Source of the DNA: Acaryochloris marina S15
Lineage (GTDB): Bacteria > Cyanobacteriota > Cyanobacteriia > Thermosynechococcales > Thermosynechococcaceae
Assembly: GCF_018336915.1 (NCBI RefSeq)
Contig: NZ_CP064923.1
Location: 2,640,001-2,672,000, forward strand
Reading direction: 5' to 3'
DNA: 32,000 bases
In this document: positions 25,762 to 32,000 of the stretch, in pieces
Numbering within the stretch: position 1 is the stretch's first letter
Layout: each line of letters starts with the position of its first letter
The notes under the pieces: model-generated
What the model saw: only the letters and a program-made list of their open reading frames with translations
Told to the model about the DNA's origin: nothing
The model's database searches: none
Made by a program: the position numbers and the translations under genes

Positions 25762-26967
25762 ATGACATTTGGCATGATCCATTCCTCAAAAATTTTCACT
25801 CCAGGAATAATGCTGATGTCCCTAGGAGTGATTGCCTGTACGTCCCCACCACAAACGGGGCCAAACTCTTTAGCTTCAGAGCCCGCCCAGTCAGGATCGG
25901 CTCAATGTACCTTGGTGGAAAATGGCTTTGGCCCTCCAGGACAAGTGCAGGTAAGGGTGGAAGAAGTTGTCACAGGGCTAGAAGTGCCTTGGGGAATTGC
26001 CTTTCTGCCGAATAACGGAATGCTGGTAACGGAGCGGCTGGGGCGAATCAGGTTGGTTCAAAATGGCAAACTGCACCCTCGGCCCATTGCCACCGTTAAA
26101 GTGAGTGATCGGGGTGAAGGGGGATTGTTGGGAATTGCTACCCATCCTGACTTTGCCAAAAACCGATTTTTCTATATCTATTTCACAGCCAGCCTGCCAG
26201 GGAAATCGGTCAATCGAGTGGAGCGCTGGCGATTGTCAGAAGATGGGCAAAAAGCAACCCGCGATCTCATCATTGTAGACAACATCCCCGTTGCTCGATT
26301 CCACAACGGTGGACGAATTCGATTCGGCCCGGACGGGATGCTTTACATTGGCACTGGCGACGCTCGCGATCCTGACCTGTCTCAGGATGTCAACAGTTTA
26401 GCGGGCAAGATATTGCGGTTTACCCCAGAGGGACAGGTGCCCGCAGATAATCCTTTTTCAGATAATCCAGTCTATATTTCGGGGATTCGCAATACCCAGG
26501 GATTTGATTGGATCAATCCTTCCACCCTTTGGGTGAGTGATCATGGCCCCAGTGGAGAGTTGGGACGTTCAGGGCATGATGAAGTCAGCGTAGCCCAGGC
26601 TGGGGATAATTTGGGTTGGCCCACGGTTTATCGATGTGAATCCCAATCTGGATTGGTGCCTCCTACCCTCACCTGGCGTCAGGCCCTGCCCCCTGGTGGT
26701 GCTGCCGTATACACCGGGGATGCTATTCCAGAGTGGAAGGGGAGCTTTATGGTGGCAGGACTGCGGGCTGAACAATTGCAGCGTATTGTCATTGATCCTA
26801 AAACAGGTCAGTTGCAGCACCATGAAGTGTACTTGCAGGGTCAGCAAGGACGCTTGAGAGAAGCAGTGATGGGTCCTGATGGCGATTTGTATATCACAAC
26901 GAGTAATTGTGATGGTCGGGGTAGGTGTCCAGCAAAGCGAGATAAAATTTTGCGCATTACTCGCTAG
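25762..26967 (+). CDS. PQQ-dependent soluble sugar (glucose/sorbosone) dehydrogenase, probable lipoprotein
   Basis: LEVPWGIAFLPNNGMLVTERLGRI, GGLLGIATHPDF, HNGGRIRFGPDGMLYIGTGD, GIRNTQGFDW and DHGP...DEVS...GDNLGWP match the beta-propeller GSDH/YliI family. SLGVIAC resembles a lipobox. Confidence 0.85.
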   Translation: MTFGMIHSSKIFTPGIMLMSLGVIACTSPPQTGPNSLASEPAQSGSAQCTLVENGFGPPGQVQVRVEEVVTGLEVPWGIAFLPNNGMLVTERLGRIRLVQNGKLHPRPIATVKVSDRGEGGLLGIATHPDFAKNRFFYIYFTASLPGKSVNRVERWRLSEDGQKATRDLIIVDNIPVARFHNGGRIRFGPDGMLYIGTGDARDPDLSQDVNSLAGKILRFTPEGQVPADNPFSDNPVYISGIRNTQGFDWINPSTLWVSDHGPSGELGRSGHDEVSVAQAGDNLGWPTVYRCESQSGLVPPTLTWRQALPPGGAAVYTGDAIPEWKGSFMVAGLRAEQLQRIVIDPKTGQLQHHEVYLQGQQGRLREAVMGPDGDLYITTSNCDGRGRCPAKRDKILRITR

Positions 26968-26977
26968 GGTTTATTGA

Positions 26978-27994
26978 TTAATCGCTCTCATGAGCTTGGG
27001 TGACTTTTCCTCTAAAGACCACATAGTTATAGATGTTGTAGAACAACATAATCGGGATTAAGAAACCGATAAAGATGATCATAAAAACCAAGGCACTCGG
27101 TGAGGCAGCGGCCTGATAGATCGTGATTTGGGGGGGGATGATATACGGAAAAATGATCAAGCCCAGGCCCAAAAATGAGAGTAAGAAAATCAGCACGGTC
27201 CAAACAAAGGGCATCCGCTCTTGCTCCTTGCCGAGGCTCCGCAATAGCAAAGCCACAAATAAGCTGCCCAAGAGAGGAATGGCTGCAAAAAAATAAAACA
27301 GAGGCGGATCAAACATGCGATCGCGCATCTGTTCGTAAAACACAGGCGTACTCACCGTTATAAATACCGCTCCTAGGAAGGTTGTCACCGCCGCTAATTT
27401 GGCCGTTTTGTAATGGGTTTGTTGCAGCGTTCCCGTCGTTTTCATCACCAAATAAGTGGAACCGATCAGGACATAGCCTTGAATCAGTGTCAGAGCTACT
27501 AGGAGCGATTTCCAGCTCAACCAATCCCAAACACCACCCACAAAATGACCTGCTGTATCAACTGCAATCCCCTCAAACACAGTCCCTACCGCAAACCCCT
27601 GGCCCAAGGCAGCCATAAAACTCCCCGCTCCAAAGGCAAAATTCCACAGTTGCTTACTGCGCACCGAATTTTCTCGAAACTCAAAAGCAACAGCTCGCAA
27701 GATTAATCCACCCACCATCACACTGACAGGAATATAAAGAGCATGTAGCACCGTGGCATAGGCCAGGGGGAAAGCGCCAAATAATGTCCCTCCCACCAAA
27801 ACCAGCCAAGTTTCGTTGGCATCCCAAATATTTCCCAGACTGGTCATCAAAATACTGCGACTTTCTTCATTCGAAGCCGTCAGGGACAAAATCCCTACTC
27901 CTAAATCAAACCCATCCAGGGTGACGTAGAGAAATAGAAACAACCCCAGAATCACAAACCAAACCTGGGGCAGAAATTGTTCTAATGCTTCCAT
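26978..27994 (-). CDS. cydB: Cytochrome bd quinol oxidase subunit II
   Basis: LPQVWFVILGLFLFLYVTLDGFDLGVGIL is a typical CydB N-terminus, and the protein is polytopic and hydrophobic throughout. It starts 10 nt after the cydA stop, with a gagg SD. Confidence 0.9.
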   Translation of the reverse strand: MEALEQFLPQVWFVILGLFLFLYVTLDGFDLGVGILSLTASNEESRSILMTSLGNIWDANETWLVLVGGTLFGAFPLAYATVLHALYIPVSVMVGGLILRAVAFEFRENSVRSKQLWNFAFGAGSFMAALGQGFAVGTVFEGIAVDTAGHFVGGVWDWLSWKSLLVALTLIQGYVLIGSTYLVMKTTGTLQQTHYKTAKLAAVTTFLGAVFITVSTPVFYEQMRDRMFDPPLFYFFAAIPLLGSLFVALLLRSLGKEQERMPFVWTVLIFLLSFLGLGLIIFPYIIPPQITIYQAAASPSALVFMIIFIGFLIPIMLFYNIYNYVVFRGKVTQAHESD

Positions 27995-28004
27995 GGACGA
28001 ACCT

Positions 28005-29447
28005 CTACTGTTGGGTTTCTACGGGACGCTGATCAGGCTGATGCTGCATGGGTTCAACCTCAAGAGTGTCTTTGCTGACTGATTGGGGTAAGGGCAACTC
28101 CAAATTCGGGCCTTTGCGAATAATGCGACTACCAAAATACAGCGCCCCTACAAATAACATGCTGTACATGGCTGCAAATCCCAGAAGAGACGTTAAAACT
28201 TCAGGAGCAGGCAGGGGCGTTGCCATATCTGCGGTGCGCAACTCACCATAGACCGTCCAGGGCTGGCGTCCGACACAGCGAACAATCCAGCCACATTCCA
28301 CCGCCACATAGCCCATAGGTGCGGCTAGCAACCACCCCCAAAGCATCAGTTTTTGGTCAACGATAGCTTCCGCTGTCAGTTTGCCCCGTAACCATCGCCA
28401 CACACTAAACCCCATCAACCCCGCCAAGAAAATGCCAATCCCACTCATGATTCGAAAGGAATAGTAAATCAATCCCACCATATGGGGGCGATCCTGGGGT
28501 GCCCATTCGTTTAAACCTTGCACTGGCTCCGATAAGGTGGGCTTCAACTCCAGTAAATAGCTGAGCATACCGGGGACTTTGACTTCCCATTTATTCTGTC
28601 CTTCCCGATCATTAGGCAAAGCCACCAGACTCCAGGCTGGCGACGATCCAGCAGGAATCGTCTCCCACTGGGCTTCCATCGCCGCTAGTTTTGATGGCTG
28701 GTAATGATAGACCTGCTCAGCGCTCAGGTGACCGATGAAAATCTGGAGGGGGGCAACGACTAAGGCAACGGCCAGTACCACCTTCAGAGATTGTCCAAAG
28801 AATTCTGGGTGACGACGATTGAGAATATACCAGGCACTAATGCCCCCAATCACAAATAAAGAGGTTTCCAGGGTGGCGAAAAACATATGCAGAAAGCTAT
28901 TCAGCATAAACGGGTTCAGAATCGCCTGGAAGTAGTCGCTGACAATAAACTTACCCTCAATAAATTCTCCACCCGTTGGGGTTTGGAGCCAGGAATTCGC
29001 CGTCAGGATCCAAAAGGTCGATAGATTTGCACCAAAGGCCACCATAATCGTCGCCAGCCAATGCATCAAAGGCGGCACTCGATCCCAGCCGAACAGCATA
29101 ATTCCCAGAAATCCCGCTTCGAGCATAAAGGCCATTGCCCCTTCAAAGCCTAGAATGCTGCCAAAGAAATCTCCCACAGCTTCCGAAAACGGTGCCCAGT
29201 TAGTACCAAACTGAAACTCCATGGGTAAACCAGAAGCCACACCAATGCCAAAGTTCAAAACATAGAGCTTGGCCCAAAAGCGGGCATGAAGGTAATAATC
29301 TCGATTTCGGGTTTTTAACCACAACCCTTCAACCACCACTAAGTAAATGGCCATCCCAGTAGACAAGACTGGCCAAAGCATATGAAAAATAGCGGTCAAG
29401 GCAAACTGCATCCTCGACAGCACAACGGTATCAGACAAAAAATCCAT
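28005..29447 (-). CDS. cydA: Cytochrome bd quinol oxidase subunit I
   Basis: LSRMQFALTAIFHMLWPVLSTGMAIYLVVVEGLWLKT, PMEFQFGTNW and GWIVRCVGRQPW (the GRQPW motif) are characteristic of CydA. Confidence 0.95.
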   Translation of the reverse strand: MDFLSDTVVLSRMQFALTAIFHMLWPVLSTGMAIYLVVVEGLWLKTRNRDYYLHARFWAKLYVLNFGIGVASGLPMEFQFGTNWAPFSEAVGDFFGSILGFEGAMAFMLEAGFLGIMLFGWDRVPPLMHWLATIMVAFGANLSTFWILTANSWLQTPTGGEFIEGKFIVSDYFQAILNPFMLNSFLHMFFATLETSLFVIGGISAWYILNRRHPEFFGQSLKVVLAVALVVAPLQIFIGHLSAEQVYHYQPSKLAAMEAQWETIPAGSSPAWSLVALPNDREGQNKWEVKVPGMLSYLLELKPTLSEPVQGLNEWAPQDRPHMVGLIYYSFRIMSGIGIFLAGLMGFSVWRWLRGKLTAEAIVDQKLMLWGWLLAAPMGYVAVECGWIVRCVGRQPWTVYGELRTADMATPLPAPEVLTSLLGFAAMYSMLFVGALYFGSRIIRKGPNLELPLPQSVSKDTLEVEPMQHQPDQRPVETQQ

Positions 29448-29586
29448 AGGGACAACCTGTTGACAGAGAGGAATGAAAGACTAATGGTCCATCCCACACC
29501 CCTTGTAACAAATCTGTCTAAAGCTTTGCCAAAGACGGTTTGTAGAACTTAGCAGTTCAGCAATTCAGCAACCGGTTCCCTGGGGC

Positions 29587-30486
29587 TTATCCCGTCACCC
29601 ATTCCCGCATCACATAGCGAATCAATAAAATCAAACGATCCCCTGAGGTGGGTTGGGCTCCTTTATGGAAGACTTGGGGTTCTTCCGCAAACCCAAACCC
29701 TGCCTCTCCTTCTAGGCTCACCAGGGATTCTTTGCCATAAAAGTCGATCAGGTCTTGATCGGAGCGAAAGCGCGACAGGGTGATCTTATCCGTTAATCGC
29801 TTGTGATCGTGGGTGCCCCGCACAATCATATGGGGGCCACAGGCAGAATCCACTTTGGTGAGATAAAAGAAAAATCTTAGGGCCCCGAAATCATCCACAT
29901 CATAGTGAAAACGCTGCCCTGCATGGTCAATATCATAGGGAGGGACATTGGCATAACTCCACCACAACCGCGATCCGTTATGAATCGGTCGCACACCTAA
30001 ATAGCCCTGAGCAATCTTCAACAGCTTTGGATCATGGATAATGCGCTGAATCGCCGGGCAATCGAGGAATGTATCTGGATATCGTCCCCTGGAATAGAGC
30101 TTATTGAATCTAGGAGCTGTAAGGCTATTATCAACCTCAGGGGGAATATAGGCTGGGCCATCATGGTCGGGATAGTAGTCGATGGTTTCAAGAAATTGAA
30201 AGATATCCTGAACCGTTGTCGATGGAAGATTTATGCCCGCATAAAACCCATCTTTTTTGATGCCATGTACAACCGTATTAACGTGTAGGTCGGAAAATAG
30301 AGAAACTCTATCTTCGATGCCAATAAAGAGCGAATTGGTCGTTTTTTGGCTTTGGGCACTACCATAAAGCCGAGTAATAAGCTTCCGCATCGTGCTGAAG
30401 CGGCTTAAGGCATACATGAGAAACCAATCTGGTTTTCGAAGCTTGAACAAGACTTGCTGGAGTCGTCCAAGCACAGCAGTATTCAT
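29587..30486 (-). CDS. Putative Fe(II)/2-oxoglutarate oxygenase, PhyH-like
   Basis: QRFHYDVDD supplies an HxD motif and ...HKGAQP... a distal His, in a roughly 300-aa soluble protein. I chose ATG 30486; the track uses TTG 30498. The family call is weak. Confidence 0.5.
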   Translation of the reverse strand: MNTAVLGRLQQVLFKLRKPDWFLMYALSRFSTMRKLITRLYGSAQSQKTTNSLFIGIEDRVSLFSDLHVNTVVHGIKKDGFYAGINLPSTTVQDIFQFLETIDYYPDHDGPAYIPPEVDNSLTAPRFNKLYSRGRYPDTFLDCPAIQRIIHDPKLLKIAQGYLGVRPIHNGSRLWWSYANVPPYDIDHAGQRFHYDVDDFGALRFFFYLTKVDSACGPHMIVRGTHDHKRLTDKITLSRFRSDQDLIDFYGKESLVSLEGEAGFGFAEEPQVFHKGAQPTSGDRLILLIRYVMREWVTG

Positions 30487-30986
30487 AATCAGACTCAACT
30501 TAGTAGGTAGCCCTAAAAACTCTCTCTTAAAAGTAATTTCAATCCACTGAGTTGAATTTTGTGGAAGCCTTAGTGTAACTTATATTGCTGATGGGTGATG
30601 TGATTTAAATCCCAAGCTAAATTGATAGGAAAAAATTGGGTTAATTAAAGATTAAGTATTGATGTCACCCTAAAAAAAAGAAATCTTATTCTAGTTGAAG
30701 ATTACTTTTATATAAAGTTCCAAGTTAAAAAGAATGCGATTCTGAGCAAAGCATCATTAAAACAAATGGGAAAGTAGCCTTAGAGGATATTTGAATAAAC
30801 CTTGGTCCTCAAGGCTTATTCTGGAGCCTTGCCGACGTTGAACTGCAGGTAGGAGGAATTCAAGGCGTTTTCCTTGCTCTAAGGGTAACTCGGGTATGAC
30901 TTACCTATTAATCTTTAAGGCGATCGTGTAGCGATAACAGCCTACTCGCCGAGGGCTTATGGAAGCCTCGAATTCTCAAATATCCT

Positions 30987-32000
30987 TTAAAAAGTAATCG
31001 TTAAATATCCACCTTGAAATTTTGCGGCTTTAACGGGCTTCCCACGTAGCTCAGGGGGTAAGAAGATATTACGCCGTTGGTCTCCTGCTTCAATGGTCAC
31101 TTCAGGACCATATTGGGTTAATTTAACCTGGGATTTTTCAAATTTGGGCAGAAATAATTTCACCTGCCCCAGGATAATGTCAATTTCGATGGGTTTAGGA
31201 GCATTGGCGGCTTGTTTTAGATCAGGTAGGGCCGCCATCAGGGACTGCCAATCTCCGGTGTATTCCGGCAGAGTTACTACAGAGAGTGGATCAAAGGCCG
31301 ATTGCAAAGCTGAGGGATTGAGGGGGGTTCTAGCAGGATTGGCAATCACACCACCAATGCTTAATCCCACTTGCTGGGCACTGCCCCAATAGTATTGAGC
31401 AGTTGCGATCGCAACTTCGTCCCCAGTGGTAACCAAATAAGCTGCAACTCGATTCGGATCTGAGATCGCCCGCTTGGCATCATCCAAGACGGTATTGGCT
31501 TGCTCAGTTGGTCCAGCAAAATTGTCCCCGGCCAAATTAACGGTGAACACAGCAGATGTGACGGGCTGGACAAAGGGAGAGAGTGCTTTACCCAAATCGG
31601 AGTCAGCAATCACCTGGCGAAATCGACGGGCATACCAACTCAGGATCTCTGGCGACCCAATCATGCGAAGCGTAGACAGATCGCCCGGACCATCATAAAT
31701 AATGACGTCATAACTGCCACTGCCCTCATACTCACGCAGAGTATTGAGGGCGAGGACATTATCCATACCGGGCAGAATGCCAAGTTCTTGGCCAAAGACC
31801 GTCTTAAAAAAAGGCGTGCGAACATATTCTGCTTCGAGTTTCTTGAGATCTTCCCAAGCTTTCTCTAGCAGAACCGTGCTGCGGAGCTGCACTGCTTTTA
31901 AGTTGACGCCGAGTTCTTGAGGTTCCGTGCCAATTGTGGCACCCATCATTAAATCAAAACCGGGACCCGGATTCTGACTGGCCAATAAGACCCGATATCC
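30987..32000 (-). CDS. ArsA/Get3-like ATPase with a C-terminal HSP20-like domain; the N-terminus lies beyond the right window edge
   Basis: The frame stays open to the edge (...GYRVLLASQNPGPG...), so the track's Leu-coded start at 31985 is not the true start. YDVIIYDGPGDLSTLRMIG fits the ArsA/Get3 family. The C-terminus KLTQYGPEVTIEAGDQRRNIFLPPELRGKPVKAAKFQGGYLTITF resembles the ArsA_HSP20 domain. Confidence 0.8.
   Translation of the reverse strand, partial: GYRVLLASQNPGPGFDLMMGATIGTEPQELGVNLKAVQLRSTVLLEKAWEDLKKLEAEYVRTPFFKTVFGQELGILPGMDNVLALNTLREYEGSGSYDVIIYDGPGDLSTLRMIGSPEILSWYARRFRQVIADSDLGKALSPFVQPVTSAVFTVNLAGDNFAGPTEQANTVLDDAKRAISDPNRVAAYLVTTGDEVAIATAQYYWGSAQQVGLSIGGVIANPARTPLNPSALQSAFDPLSVVTLPEYTGDWQSLMAALPDLKQAANAPKPIEIDIILGQVKLFLPKFEKSQVKLTQYGPEVTIEAGDQRRNIFLPPELRGKPVKAAKFQGGYLTITF

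Noticed and set aside
29304-29317. GATTTCGGGTTTTT inside cydA matches the core of the junction motif CAACTGRTTTCGGGT.
   Set aside because: It lies in a well-conserved coding frame (WLKTRNRDYY), and similarity does not extend beyond about 14 nt. I treat it as coincidence unless a genome-wide scan says otherwise.
4207-31868. Many track ORFs of 60-120 aa lie antisense to or inside larger genes: 282..497, 993..1175, 2361..2546, 2721..2918, 2872..3090, 4207..4479, 6728..6937, 7364..7576, 7641..7823, 9138..9344, 14902..15162, 17274..17492, 19995..20204, 24410..24628, 24537..24731, 25249..25440, 26569..26847, 26636..26857, 27175..27363, 27309..27530, 27382..27618, 28048..28251, 28405..28590, 30034..30288, 31093..31392, 31361..31609, 31474..31698 and 31500..31868.
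   Set aside because: Each overlaps a longer ORF that has clear family motifs on the other strand or in another frame. None shows a motif or SD of its own.

Overview
This looks like a cyanobacterial chromosome segment: HIP1 GCGATCGC palindromes, cydAB and an EF-hand transaldolase are present. It has two very different parts.

**Core part (about 23.5-32 kb).** Ordinary genes at roughly 45-57% GC: tal, a small secreted protein, a PQQ-type sugar dehydrogenase, cydB-cydA, a PhyH-like oxygenase and an ArsA/Get3-like ATPase that runs off the right edge.

**Accessory part (about 1-23.5 kb).** This part is saturated with mobile DNA:
- a large serine recombinase, open at the left edge
- a Tn5/IS4-type transposase relic split by an IS1-family element
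- a second transposase tail split by an IS4-family element with a 9-bp target duplication
- a 127-bp MITE
- a TnpB/Cas12-like gene split by an IS630-family element
- two diverged ISKra4-like copies plus a third ISKra4-like transposase

Embedded in this is a very AT-rich island (about 5.03-6.2 kb and 11.1-18.8 kb; 14 G+C in 60 nt at 13321-13380 against 34 in 60 at 26001-26060). It carries a compact NRPS-like set: a chorismate-lyase-family protein, an acyl/aryl-AMP ligase, a carrier protein, an alpha/beta hydrolase and a C-T-TE protein.

**Most interesting item.** Once the IS630 copy is removed in silico, the TnpB-like gene reconstructs to about 578 aa. It keeps the TnpB landmarks but has lost the RuvC-II Glu, the zinc finger and the RuvC-III Asp while its frame stays open. 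That makes it a candidate nuclease-dead RNA-guided DNA-binding protein, analogous to TldR or Cas12k.

No rRNA, tRNA or CRISPR array was seen. All family calls come from motif recognition by eye, with no database search.
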